From: Camelus ferus | Taxonomy: Eukaryota | DNA length: 64,000 nt | Assembly (NCBI RefSeq): GCF_009834535.1 | Contig: NC_045696.1 | Location: forward strand, 10,170,001 to 10,234,000 | Reading direction: 5' to 3' | In this document: piece by piece, positions 26,901-40,266 of the stretch | Layout: every line of letters begins with the position of its first letter | How positions within the stretch are numbered: position 1 is the stretch's first letter | The notes under the pieces: generated by a model | Told to the model about the DNA's origin: nothing | The model's database searches: none | The model's input: the letters and a program-made list of their open reading frames with translations, nothing else | Position numbers and translations under genes: made by a program

Positions 26901-28864
26901 AATATTAGAGATAAACATTAAGAAAAAGGAAATTGCTAGTCAATTGCAGAAAATGCCAAGAAGGACAAACATTTCGCAGAACTAACTTGCTACCACTCAT
27001 TTTATGCCCTATTTCACAATGCTTAGAATCTGAACAATCCACGGGGTTCCAAAGTACATCAAAAATGTGTTCATTTCCTCTCTTACTCAGGCGGAATAGT
27101 AATAGAGTTGTGAAGGTATCATGTGCCTCAGAAATTTCAATAGATACATTCTTATTTAAAGAAATAACCTTAAAAAAATTCTATCAGAAATGCTCCTTCA
27201 AGAAGTTTTTAAAATCGTTTTTAAACTATCCCAAAATTAGTGTCCCTCATTTCTCAGTTTAGATTTCTTAAAGTTTCTAAGGTCTTTACAAACCTCCTAC
27301 AGCATGAATTCAGTATTTTAAAAATATTTTTTCTTTAGTTATAACCAAACATTAAAACATCATAAATGTTTCAGGTTAACTATTTAAAAATTTAAAACAA
27401 AAACACAGTATTTTGTTCTCAAGAGATAGGGAGAATCGTAACTCTGAGGAGTGCTTAATCTTCTACACCTTAAATCATCTAAAAATAAAGGTATCCCAAC
27501 AAATTCCTTCTATTTCAGAGGTTAGGAGTAACACTGCATAAACCAGCTGGCCTGCTGGATCCATGGCCCCAGTTCCTGCCCTTAGATCCTGTCCACTACA
27601 TAATCCATGAGATCTCTGAGCATGGTCTTCATCCTTTCAAAGGGATTAGTAAAAACTGCCTCCCGTTGACAGAATTGGAACTTTCCATACGCATTTTTTT
27701 TTTGGTATGGTATTTTTTATTGTACTTGTTTTTATTATCTGTACTTCTTGACTACGCAAATATTAAGAGCAGGATGCCAGCAGATAAACACAAAGAAACG
27801 CGTCTGTCCGGAGTCTGCAGATATTTAAAATTTCAGGCTGGTGCTGCCTTCAGAATAACACTGATGACGGCAAAGTTCTAAAGGAAACTTTCATATTAAG
27901 AGGCTATCAAAAATCTCCATAGCCTCCAACTCAACACAGAAGCTGCTAATTTATTTCTTCAAAAGCAAAGCCTTTAGTCTGAATCACAACAAAAGATGCC
28001 CATAGGAAATGTAATCTACGAAGTTGCTTTCTAATCCAAAGGCAAACAAGAAGTAAAGGAAGGCGCAATCCATTCCTCGTTGGTTTCCTTTTCCTGGGGA
28101 TTCTGATTACATCTCCTTGTTGAAGCAAGAGCCCGCAATTGTACCTTCGGTCCACACCATGAAACCGTGTCTGTGCGTAAAGAGGGGAAAGGGAAGCGGC
28201 AGGCACCGGGGACACGCTCCCACTTAAAGCAGAGCCGCTCTCTGTTAAATACCATCAGAGTCAGACCCGGCAGGAGGACTCAGGGCCAAACGGCATTGAC
28301 TGCCCTTCACTGACAGGGATTTTGCAGGCACACGAGAGAGAAAAAAAGGGATGAGCCGGGGACTCGAGGCTGGGGGAGAGAGGCTGGAGGCGCGACGCCG
28401 CTCCCTGCGAGCTCCGGTTCCCCGGGAGGCTGGCGGGGAGGCGAGGCTTGGCCGGCCCGCCACGCTCAGGCGGCCGAGGGCAGCGAGGTCAGCCCTGGAA
28501 AGCCCAACCACCCCCTGGCCCCATGGGGTCTCCTTCCTGGAGAGACCCCGCTCCGTCGGCCAGGGCTGCGGACGCCCATTCAATCCGAAGTCCATCCCGC
28601 GGCCGCCACCCCCTCGGTCTGCCGCGGAGCCCCGGCCTCCCGGAGCCCGCCAGCCGGCCGCCCCACCGCCGCCTCCGGTAGGATGGGAAGGACAAGGCGT
28701 AGGGGCAGCGAGTGCCGCGCCTCCCGGGAGCGCGGCAAAGGGTGAAGGGCGCCCAGAGGGACGCGCACCCGACCGCGGGACGGGCGCCCCGGGCAGCCAT
28801 CGCGCCGACCCCCGCCCCCGCCGCCTCCCGGGTCCAGGCCGCCGCGGTCCAGCCCGCTCCTCAC

Positions 28865-29150
28865 CTCATCTCCAGGCGGGTCCGCGCTGCCGCCCCAGGC
28901 ACAAATCAGTGCAGCTCAATCGACTCGGGAAGGGACGCAGGAGCCGCAGCCCTGCACACCATCCCCGCCCGCCCGCCCGCCTCTCCGTGCGTCCCGGAGC
29001 CCGCTCGGGATTCTCCCTCGCGAGCCGCCGTACTACGGAGCAACCAAGCTGCGCTCCCTCCCCTCTCCTCCGCTCTTCTTTACCTCCTTCGCTCCCTCCC
29101 TCGCTCCCTCGCTCCCGCCTCTCTCCTCATCTCCCTCATCTGCCTTCCCC
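28865..29150 (-). other. ITSN1: ITSN1 (intersectin-1) non-coding exon 1; 5' end approximate
   Basis: Minus strand reads ...GCTTGGTTGCTCCGTAGTACGGCGGCTCGCGAG...CACTGATTTGTGCCTGGGGCGGCAGCGCGGACCCGCCTGGAGATGAG|GTGAGG, matching the recalled ITSN1 5' UTR; head-to-head synteny with CRYZL1. Confidence 0.85.
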
Positions 29151-29839
29151 GCTCCCATCCACCCCTCCATCTCCGCCCACGGGTGGGTGGGGACAAAAAT
29201 CCTGCCAATCGGAAGAAGAGGCCCGGGCTCCTCACCGCCCCCTATCCTCTAGCCCCGCCCATGCCGGGGAAACGAGATAAGGGGGAGCCAGTAAAAATGG
29301 AAAAGGACGAGTGACAGCCGAATAACCAATCAGCAAGCTCAAAAGGGGAGGATGAACTCTCCTTCCTCCCCGCCCCTTACCAGAAGGCGTAATTGGAGGC
29401 TTTTGGGCTGGGGTTTTCCTGACAGGGTTTATGGAGATTTTGTTCCACGATTTCAGTGCATCTGTCCGTTGCCATGAGAGGCAAAACACTAGTTAGGATG
29501 CATCCAACTAACTACCGGAAGCTGTTAAAGGAGAGAACAATGTGGAGGCAAAAGGGAGCGGGACACAGTCCAAGGAGGGGAATGGGGATACAGTTGGAAT
29601 GAGGGAGGGTGTGGTCTTTGAGTGAAATTTGCATAAAACTGAACCCTTCGGCGACTACAACTTCTCTCATTTATCGGTAGCCCCTGGTGCGTCGCCTCAG
29701 AGCATGCCGGGAGGTGTAGTTCCACGTTCGGTTGCTATGGCGTTCTCTACAGCCTTGGAGCGTGCGAGGGCCTCCGAGAGTGACGAGCGGCGTGACCAAT
29801 GGGAACAGCTCCTGACCCAAAAGGGGCGGGCTCCCTGCG

Positions 29840-29897
29840 GAGGGACTCGAAGGTGGCGGTGGCGAAGGTGCAGGCCGTTGGGGCCCCTCGGAGGCAG
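29840..29897 (+). other. CRYZL1: CRYZL1 exon 1 (5' UTR); start approximate
   Basis: Donor GGCAG|GTGAAC at 29897/29898 in the CpG island, just downstream of CCAAT and GC boxes; exon 2 begins only 6 nt before the ATG, so an upstream exon is required. Confidence 0.6.
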
Positions 29898-30954
29898 GTG
29901 AACGCTGAAAAACGCCTTGTATGTCTTGGGAAACGGGGCTTTGGGCGAAAGATCGGGAGACACCCCGCGGAACCGTCCAGCTCTGGGGTGGATGGTGGTT
30001 CGCATCGCACGCCAACCTCAGACCCCCTCGGGCCCAGGCCTAGCTTAACTGAGGCCACTGAGAGGCGGGTAAGACTTGATTTGACGATTTCCTGGTCCTT
30101 ACAGGTTTTGATGGTAGATTTTATCTTAGTTTGCATCTTCTTCCACATTTATGGAGGCTGAAGTATTGAAGTGCCCTTCCACTGAGTTTTCTTGGTTGGC
30201 TTTTCCCCCCTTCTTACGTCTTTTTGTTCCTATACTTTGCGATTTTTTTTTTTCTGCCTTACTCCTTCCCTACCACCACTTTCTCCTCCTCCACTTTATT
30301 TTTTATTTTGGTGAGCAATTACTTAAAGCAAGGGTATTCGCATTTATGTAACTAGACTGCCAGCTTTGTCCTCCAAATTAAGCAAAACAGGAATACTCTG
30401 GAGCAGTGCGTGAGAATCACGTTGAAGTGCAGATGCTGAGTCTGTGGGTCTGGGCGGGTCCTGAGAATCTGCATTCTAACAAGCTCTCAGGTGCTGCTAG
30501 TCTACGTTATGAGTAGCAAGGTTCTGCATCAGCTCTGCTGAATACGGATTTAATGGAAGCCACATTTTTTTAATGGAAGGAAACGTATGCAGTTAATTTT
30601 AGCGTTTCATTTGGCCCAGTATATGCAAAATATTATTCCAACACATTATCAAATATTTTTATTGAGATATTATACATTCTCTCTTTTTTTTTTTCATATT
30701 AAGTCTTCAAAATCTGATGTGCATCTTACGCTAACAGTACATCTCAGTTCTGACTAGGCACACACAGTTCAAGGGCTCCTTAGCCACCTGTGGCTGATAC
30801 TGGACAGCACAGATCCAGATGATTTAATAGCCCGCTGCAGAAACTAAAAGGTGTTAAAGCTCAAGTTGCACCTTACAGAACCCCTTGCTGCTTTGTGAGA
30901 TGGGCTTTGGAACTACTTTACAAGTTCTCTGCTCAATTTACAGAAATAGTAGTA

Positions 30955-31190
30955 AAAAATAGCCAACATTTAGTGAACGTTCATTTTGTGCCGGGTATTG
31001 CACTGAGTGCTTCGCATGTATTATTTAAGCCTTGCAGCAACCCTTTGGGGTAACTACTATTATTATCCCTGTTTTATGGGTATGGAATCTAAGGCCCAAA
31101 AGGTTAAAATTACGAGGCCCAAATCATACAGTGACTAAAGTAGGAAAGCGAGGATTCAGAGTAGGTTCAGTTATGACTTCTAAATCTTAT
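30955..31190 (-). mobile_element. MIR SINE
   Basis: aacatttagtgaacgttcattttgtgccgggtattgcactgagtgcttcgcatgtattattt...tattatccctgtttta. Confidence 0.7.
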
Positions 31191-34100
31191 CCACCAACCA
31201 CTGCAGTGTATAATTATTATCTTTTATCACTAATTTCGACTCATTGATGTCTCTGCTCCAGTTCATAGCAGAGGATGAGACTGAATCTGATTTGGAACAG
31301 AGGGTTCACTATATGAGGTAAAGTTGCCTGTCAGTTGCAGTGAAACATTTTGATAGTTTTACAACTCTCTGTGCTATGCATTCAGAATCAAAATTCTAGA
31401 TTGAAGAAAAGTGTTCAAAACCTAAAGGAGATATTTAGGCCTTTGAATGAGTTCTATATCCCAGACAGTAATGTTCTTGGTTCATTTGTGTGCCTCCTTG
31501 AGGGAGGAAGATGGGAAAGCTTGGGAATTCTTTAAAGTGGTTCACTATGGAATCACTGTCTTTTGGGGGTTTGTTTTTGCTGAAATCTTTTTTTTAATTG
31601 ATAAAAATGAATATTTTCTTGCTCTTGTAAGCTTCACATAGAGTATTTCAGAGACAGCTTTATGATTTTTCTAGACCCAATAAACAGTACTGCTCTGAGC
31701 TAAGGAGACTATGAGTAGAAGGGCAAAAACACACATACCCACATATGTTCAAACATAGTATTTTGCAAAATAATTTTCTTCTCTTTTTATACATTATAAT
31801 AAAGATGACATCTCGTGAATTATTTTCTCTTGATTGTGAATTTATTAGTAAATATTTAATCAAAATTACAGTTCCTATTTTGCATCTGAAGTAAGAAATG
31901 GCTTAAGATCCTATTGTGCTGACAAGCTGCAATGTCAGTCTGTGGAGAAGATTCGTTAGTTAAGTCATTTGGAGGGGAAGAAGGAAAGTAGAGATGTAAG
32001 GAGGATCTTCCTCATCACCATCTACTTTGTCCCAGTGTCGTATGATTAAGCCAGCATGAAGGGAAGACTGTCATTCATCCCACCATTGGTTTCCCTGTTC
32101 CCCAGTAACACAATACTGGAAAATATGATGCTAATTCAGAAATCTAAATGAAAGTTAAGTTTCTGTTCTGGATCGTACTATGTTGAATGGCCCCACATCA
32201 ACTAGTAACTGGACCAGCGGTTTCTAATCTTTGAATTAATGACCATCCCACTCCCCCAACCCACCCGCTACCCCCCCCCCACCTGCCACCGTGGTACTGG
32301 AAAAGGGATCCCTCTAGTAAGAATTCTTAAGTGAGAAGGTATTTTGTAAGTCAACAGATAACAAAAGTTAAGTTCTCTTGGAGGCAGGAGAATTAATCCA
32401 AAATTCCTTTGGAGGTCACTTGTTGGAAGCCACTTGTTGAATAGATAGGCAATGATTTGACATATTAAAGCAAATGCTTTTGTTGTTGTTGTTGTTAATG
32501 ACTAAAGCCAGCACGAAAACAGAAAATGTTACTTTCCTAATTCTTCACCTATGTTTAGATCTCAGATTGTGTGAGATGTAAAGATTATGCCACAATTGTA
32601 TGAATTCTGTCGAGTATGTCTTGATAATGTTCATATAAATCTAGATTCTCATAATTGGAAGAGACTTTAATATGGTTATCTCATCCCCCATCCCCTGATG
32701 CTCGACTCTCCTTGATGATGCCATTGTAAATGTGTATCCAGCCTCTAGTTTAAACCCATCTAGAAATAGGGACCATGCAACTTCATGCATTTTCCTAAGT
32801 TTTAAATTATGAACCTAAAATGTGAAAGTAAAAAGTTCTTATAATACATGTTAATAGCTGGAAACGCTTTCCAGGATTTATCCAGGTATGAGCCACTGTC
32901 TCAGGGTACCTCGTGCCCATCTGTATCAGGCAGGAGGGCAGTACACTATCTGGCAAAACACCTGTGTCCTCATTGCATCTGTAAAGTGGCCTTAGAATAT
33001 ACAGACTTCTAGAGACTGTTGCCCACATGATGTAGAGCTGTCCCTCCCTCTTTAAGAAGCTGAGCTGGCCTGTCTAGTTAGGACTACCAGTCTCCTCTAC
33101 AACCTGCAAGGTATATTTGAACCAAACCTCAGCTAGTTACTTTGATTATGCTGACCGTATTTTTTATGGGCACATGGTTTGCCATACTTCTTTATCTGAT
33201 ATGCGGATGTGTATGAAAAGTCTCACAGATGAGTAGGAACATTGTTAAAACTTAACATTAAGCCACGTCTTCAGTATAACTGAAGATTTACCCCTCGCAG
33301 TCCAGCTATTATCGTAATGCTGTACACTAGTCCCGGCACGATTATGGCCACATTTCAGAGTTGTCTTCATCTGGGTTTTTTTGGTGGCCTATCTGCTTGA
33401 CAATATATCTGTGCTTTCCTTAAAATAAAAACAAGGGTGAGTTAGAAGCATTATAACTGAATCCTGAGCCTGAAATGGCCAGCATATTGCAAAGTTTGTG
33501 TTGAGGAATAATAGAAATGTGAGCACATAGGAAGAGTTTGGACTTTCAGAAGGCTTACGTTACCCTTAGAGTAACAGGTGTATTGGATGAAGGAAAGATA
33601 TGAAGCCATTCAGCAGCCATATGTGGCCATAGCCCAGGCCTGGTATAGTGCAGGTGATGTGCTAACACGTAAAATGAGCAGGTGAGCCAGGACATTATAA
33701 AGGAAAAGAAAGCTTTATGGTCGATAACTTAATACAGAGGAAGGAATTATGATGGATTCTAAGATATCCTCAGTGACTGACAATTGGTACAGCAAAATCT
33801 TGTTTAGGGGAAAGATGAGTCTAGTTTTATGTCTGTTGAATTTGAGGTTGATCTGATACTTAGAACACTTCTAGTCTGAAAGTGTAGATAAGAAATAACC
33901 TATAAAGGTTTTATTTGCAATTATTAATAGGTGAGCTCCCTGGGGGATTAAGGATAACCAGGGAAGAGCAAGTGGGGTTCATATTGCTATTATAACTAAA
34001 GTGAAGCTATTTGAAATTTCTTCCCATTGACTTTTTTTAGAAATTCCTTAAAAGATTAACTACTTTCATCAACTACTTTCTTGAAGTACTATTTATGGTA

Positions 34101-35896
34101 AGTGTTTAATTTATGTAAAGTCCTTGTTCTGCTTTGTAACAAAAATTATTTAAAAGAGGTGTCTTAATTTTTGTTCCTCCAGATTTTTAATAGGTTTAAT
34201 GTGTGACCATTATAACAATTTAAAGTGCTACAAACATAATCTTCATCTTGTGGACTTACGTCAAATACATTTAAAATCGGCTGTATCTAGAAAAATATAA
34301 AATCTTTATGTTTTTTACAGGGCTTTCATTTCATCAGCCTACATTTTAAAACAGGTTTATTTTCATTTAAAAGTTTTATGTAGCACTTTTTTGATAAAAG
34401 AAGCTTATAGTAGAATATGTAATTTTGAGGTTACATGGCATTCGTTCTTGGAAATGACATGATAAATAGTTTATATTTTAATTCATATTTTTATTTAATG
34501 AAGTGTTCAGTTATTTTGTTTCCTATGTGCAAATATCTTTACATTCGATAAAATGTTATTAAATAATGGATTAGGTGTTCCATTTAATCTGGACCAGTGC
34601 CTAAGAAACTAAGTGGGCCTTGAATATAATCCATTCTACCATTTTCTCCATGTTAAGAACTCAGAATTCCTTTCATGGGTTTGCAGAACAAATAATATTT
34701 CCTCAATTTTCTTCTGGCCACTTTCATAAAAACACTTCTCTTCACTTTGTAACTTTGAGAATTTTTTTGCTACCACATGGTTCCTACTTGGACCAACTAA
34801 ACATTACTTTTTTCTACCACCCAGACTGATTTTAACCTAATTTGGAAGAGCTATTTAGGATGATATGACCAAAAATACTGACATTATTATGCATATAATA
34901 TTTACATAAAGGACACTAGGGTTCACACAAGCAGTTGGCTTCCAATGTCTTTGAAATCGGGGTGCATACCGTCCATGTGACTGCTGATCTGGGGAGGCAT
35001 GCAATATGTTATCAGATGCAATGGGCAGAGAAAATAGTAGCTTCCAGAATTCAAAGGAGGATGCTTTGAGATCAAAGTGTTGATATGTAAATTATTCCAT
35101 TTCTCAAAAAATGCAGCTCTAGTAGCTCCAGACTTAGTAGGAACAGAGATTTATTTATTTAATAATAATGGATATTGATTCTTCAAAGCAAGAGCTGGGA
35201 AAACCCACGAGTTAGTAAGTGAATAGAACAAGGTTTTGTTTGTTAGTATGTAACACTCGAAATCTAGAAGCTTGGAACAGATGGGGTAGATTGCGTGTCA
35301 CTGGTGGGTGGTTTCAGAGAGGGAGTAGGACCTGAGCTTTTATTTACTTCACAGAATTTGTGGAGTAAGTACAGCATAGTCTCAGGGAGCAAGCAATGCC
35401 TGGAGCCCTGAGACAGTGGTGACCATATGGTGTGAAGTCATACTGGGTATGTGTTGGGAAAATGGAAGAATCAGGTAGACTTGGGACAATGCAAATGCAT
35501 TTTAGACAGCCTTGACAGCTAGGCAGAAGAGGTTAGATTTATGTCAAAGGGAATTGCATAGCTGCTGTTCTATGCTTAGGTTCCTCCCTTCTCCCCTACC
35601 ACCCCAACAAACACATTGATTTACACACGTGCGCGCGCACACACACACACACAAAGACCTTCCGTAACGAAAGGGCTAGACTTAATTTAATTATATGACC
35701 TGACTCACTCTGTTTTTACATACTTAATGTTGATACGTGCTACATACATAATTTCCATATATGTCTTGAATGTATATTCATTTCTGTTAGTTTTAGCAGT
35801 TTGATTATCACATTCCAGAAAGTAGCAACCATTGCTGAACTGCTCAGTAAAAACCCTCTATACAGATCCGTTAGATCCACTAAGATTCAGCTTGCA

Positions 35897-36068
35897 GGGC
35901 CAGCTTCATGAGCACGGGACCTATACAGTCACACTGGACCTCACAGTCAGTAGGGACTTGTGCTTGGTTTAATGCTCGCCTGTCACCGTCTTGAAATGTT
36001 AATTTCTGGACAAGGTTCCCCACATTTTCATCTCACAGTGAGCCCTGCAAATTACGTTGCTAGTTCTG
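35897..36068. mobile_element. MER91-like hAT element
   Basis: gggccagcttcatgagc...tgcttggtttaatgctcgcctgtcaccgtcttgaaat...ccctgcaaattacgttgctagttctg. Confidence 0.55.
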
Positions 36069-36953
36069 TCAACAGGCACTTAATAATTACCAATCCTAAA
36101 CTAAAGGATGTAAGATTCTAGTTTTAAGCGATATATCTAATGTTACCAGCTCAATAGAAAACCGTTAAATATAATGGTTAAGAGAAATGACTTTGGAGTT
36201 GGCCACACCTGGTTTGTCCTAGCTCTGGCCAAACTGGTGCCATGAGACCCTAGATATGTGCCTTAGCCTCTGTAAGACAGTTTCCTCATCCATAAAATAA
36301 ATTCAATAATAATACTTTCACCAAAAAGTATTTACAAGGATGTTCTTAGCAGGATAATTTGTAAAAGCCTCAAACAGGAAACAATCAAATGTCTGTCTTT
36401 AATGGAATGGATAAATAGTAATTTATCCATGCAGTGAAATACTATTTAACAATGAGATTGGATGAACTACAACTGCAGACAGCAACACAGGTGAAACTCA
36501 CAAACATAATACTGAAAGGAAGAAGTCAGACATAGAGGAGTATGAGTTCATTTACATAAAGTCAAAAACAGAACTAATGTGCTGTTAAAACTCAGGACAT
36601 TGAGTATCCTTAGGAGTAGCTAGAAGGGCAACAAGGGAGCATCTGGATTTCTAGTGATGTGTTTCCTGCTGTGACATGGCCATGTTCACTTTGTAAAATT
36701 CAGCAGCTATACACTTGTCAATAGTGTACTTTTCTTTGTATATTTTATACTTCTACAAAATTTATATTAAAAAATTACCTTGCCATACAATTACTATGAA
36801 GATTAAAGAAACAACTGTGGAATCCTTAGAGATGCGTCAAGAAATCCAAAGAATACAGATTTAAATATTTCCTTTAAATGGCTTATAAACTGATACAGAT
36901 GAATTAGGGGCGCAATTTCAATGAGCGTCTTGACTGTCCACTTTTTCCTTTTT

Positions 36954-37035
36954 TAATGGAGGTACTGGAGATTGAACCCAGGACCTCAGGCATGCTAAGC
37001 ATGCATTCTTCCACTAAGCTATATTTCCCCTCCTA
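36954..37035 (-). mobile_element. Vic-1-like SINE with 14-bp TSD
   Basis: ggaggtactggagattgaacccaggacctcaggcatgctaagcatgc...; TSD actttttccttttt at 36940-36953 and 37036-37049. Confidence 0.85.
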
Positions 37036-37425
37036 ACTTTTTCCTTTTTAATAATCCTTTTTAGGTCTTTGAAAGCCCTTTAAATGATACCTTTGGTTAT
37101 TAAAATGAGCTCTTTTACCTGTGTAAGTTTTTTTCAAGTGTATCTAATAATTTTTATTGAATAGTAGAGTGAAATTAAGCACATGCTCACCTCTGTGTGA
37201 AAGGTTAACTGTCCTGGGCCCATTCTCAGGTGTGTACCACAGATTGTTGCATATTCTCTTGTTTGATCACTTTCAAGAACCATTACCTAAGTTTAAGACT
37301 ACGTTTATAGTTATCATTATCCTTTACCAGCACTGTTTTTCAATTTTTACTTTCATTTGATCTGAAAGACATTTGATGGTTAGTTTATTTCATGTTTATT
37401 TTTTCTTTCTTGTTTTTAGGTGACT

Positions 37426-37491
37426 ATGAAAGGCTTATATTTTCAACAGAGTTCTACAAGTGAAGAAATAACATTTGTATTCCAAGAAAGG
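37426..37491 (+). CDS. CRYZL1: CRYZL1 exon 2, first coding exon (exon starts 37420): MKGLYFQQSSTSEEITFVFQER
   Basis: tttttag|GTGACTATG...AGG|gtaaga; matches the N-terminus of quinone oxidoreductase-like protein 1. Confidence 0.95.
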
Positions 37492-39118
37492 GTAAGAAAA
37501 ATTGTTTAATCATTAAATCAAACAAGATAGTGCATTTTCCTTATGTGATAGATCCCAGTTTTAAATGGCCTGTTTCAAGTTATTTTGAGTGGAACTAAAT
37601 GAGTGAAAATTATTTAAATGAAGCTCTATAAATTTCTTACCTTTAGTCTTATTTAAAAACAGTGGTCCATATTGTAGTATAAATGTATTTTTAAAAAACT
37701 TGCTACTGAAGAGTTTTTAGTTCCTCAGGGTAGTGGTATAAAAGATATTAGGAAAACAGAATAACTTCAGTAGCCTTTACATATTGCAAAATTAACCCAG
37801 TTTATTCTGAATACCACAATAAAGTGAGTTTTCAGACTGTAGCCATATTTCAGAAAATACTTTCTCTCATATTATGAAATAAAAGAGATAGAAAAGCATT
37901 GTTTTCCAAACTAACTTCTGAGCTTTGCAAAGTAACCTCATTCACTAAGCTTTAAATGATTTCTAGTTTTTCACCACTTTAAGCATAGATAGTGGAATTT
38001 TCATATATTGGTGATTGGTTTGAAAGGTTGTGGCAGGCCAAAATCATTCCACTGTAAATTTAGGGATGAAAACTAAGTGCAATATGTATTTCGTAGTGTA
38101 TGTATATTTCATAGTAGTAATTAAAATTTCTGGATCATGAACACAATCCAGTTTTTCTGTGTTATCTTTGAACAACTCCAAAGTCATTTAGGTTAGGAGT
38201 CTAAATCTCAGACAGCTTGGCTTCTACCATTGGTCAGGATGAAGCTCTAAGAGGTTTGATTGGCTCCTAGGAAGAATCATTGCCAGGTTCACACAATCAT
38301 GAGTTAAAATCCACAAGTTTGTCGATATATTGAATATCTTCATATTATCACCCAATATTATCACATCTGAGATTTAAAAAAGGATATCCCAAAATATTGT
38401 GTTCATGTCAGATAAAGCACAGTGATCCCTTTGATAGGACACAAGAGGCACCATGCAAGTAGCTCTTCTAGCCAACTTTTGATCGAATATTTGAACATAT
38501 CAGGGATTGAAAAGAGCGTTTTAACTATTGGTGTCATTGGTGGATGACATTGAACACTCGAGTTTGAAATATCTTTGCCTTTGAAGTTCTATCTAGCTGT
38601 GGAATATGAGGAGTATCAAGTCCCATTAAGTTTGTATTTTGACCTCAGAGTCCCATGGGGCATGCTAAAATGTCCAAGAGATGTCAAATAAAGATTAGCA
38701 AATGACACTAAGAACTTTATTCATAGAATTAAGGAAGTTCCAAAATCAGTATATTTTATATATTATGTGTATGTGTGTTTAAGACTATCCCTCTGTGAAG
38801 TTTTGATGCTTTGAGACTATTTAAATAGATTATGTTTTTTCGTTGTTTTCCTATATTCGTTGCCGACATATATATCCATGTCAGTGTCTTAAGTACATTT
38901 TCAAAATAGGTGCCCTAACTAAGGCTGTTTAAAGATTTTACCACAGCATTCTCTATATTCTTTTTGATTGTATACTATAGGATACTTGCTTGTAGCTTTT
39001 TCATTTAGGTGTAAGATTAGGGAGTCTGTTTGATTTTGTTCAGTTATGTATAAAAATGTTTGCAACATAAAAGCCTTTTCTCAAAGGAGTATGAATTGTT
39101 TTTATCATTTGATTCTAG

Positions 39119-39196
39119 GAAAATCTTCCTGTTACAGAGGATAACTATGTGAAACTTAAAGTTAAAGCTTGTGCTCTCAGCCCAATAAATACAAAG
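39119..39196 (+). CDS. CRYZL1: CRYZL1 exon 3: [26 protein letters not shown]
   Basis: ttctag|...|gtattg, phase 0/0. Confidence 0.95.
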
Positions 39197-40096
39197 GTAT
39201 TGATGCTTTTATTTTTGTCAAAAGTCAAATGAGTTTTGTAGTATATTTAGTGTATAAAAATTAATAATAACTTTCTGAGTGCCAAGAAATTACCATTCTT
39301 AAAAGAATAGAACAACCAGGAAAAAAATTTAATGTTCATTTGTATATTTCCGTATTAAGGTAAATCATTAGTCTAACTGAAGTCATGTATTTTTATATTA
39401 TCATATGCAAATATTTTATAAAATTCTTTACATTGTGAAAAGCTAAGAATTTATAATTACTAAGGCCTATAATCAGGGAAGAAAAACAATTTAAATATAG
39501 TAAAAATGGAAACTAGAAACATATCAATTAATTTAACTATCTAGTCTACAGGTATTTCTAGTTAATATCTTTAGTTTTGATTATATACTATAGGATATAA
39601 TTATTATTCTTCTCATTTCCCTTTCTCTCTCTTTCTCCTACACCACCTCACACCATTCCATAGTAATCTTCCATTACTGACCGTGAAATACATAGAAAGT
39701 CTTCAAATGGTAAATAAATGTGCCATGATGGATAGAGCAGGTCCATTTACTCAGTTTTCTAAAGATGAATACTATAGTTTTTTTGGACTCTTAACTTACT
39801 GAATTATAATGTCACCATAATTTCTAGGAATATAAGTTTTCATCAGTAAAGTCACATTTAGGGAAACTACAGGACAAGAGTATAGGCTTCCATTGGGCAA
39901 TTCTGTAACAGGAGCATGACTTGAGAAGTAAATTAGTGAGATGCCCTGAAGGCCTTTCACCAGGAATACTCTACTCTTCCTTTTCTGCAGGGTTCTGTGT
40001 TCAGCCCTTCCAAGATATTCTTTTTAAAACTACAAAAAAATCCATTAAAATCCTAGTCTAGGAAATTAATCTTCATGTCTAATAGAAAAAAATGGT

Positions 40097-40266
40097 GGTG
40101 GAGAGGGGCATAGCTCAAGTGGTAGAGCACATACTTTGCATGCATGAGGTCCTGGGTTCAATCCCCGGTACCTCCTCTAAAAATAAATAAACCTAATTAC
40201 CTCCCCCCCAAAATAAAAAGAAAAATTAAGTAATATAATAATTAATAAATAAAATATTTAAAAAAA
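40097..40266 (+). mobile_element. Vic-1-like SINE
   Basis: gagaggggcatagctcaagtggtagagcac...gaggtcctgggttcaatccccggtacctcc...; flanked by approximate TSD agaaaaatggt. Confidence 0.85.

Larger units (their letters stand above)
1..28864 (-). other. ITSN1: ITSN1 intron 1 (partial; continues beyond window start)
   Basis: Follows the minus-strand donor GAGATGAG|GTGAGG at 28864; no ITSN1 coding exon recognised in this stretch, which is mostly interspersed repeats. Confidence 0.8.
28300..30070. promoter_or_regulatory. CpG island / ITSN1-CRYZL1 bidirectional promoter
   Basis: High GC and CpG density; divergent first exons; CCAAT boxes (~29204, ~29326, 29796), GC boxes, ETS CCGGAAG 29515-29521, octamer 29627-29634, ZNF143-type motif 29702-29721. 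Confidence 0.9.

Noticed and set aside
28351..29314. 309-aa and 200-aa plus-strand ORFs
   Set aside because: Low-complexity Pro/Arg/Ala/Gly products typical of stop-poor CpG islands; antisense to ITSN1 exon 1; no recognisable domain
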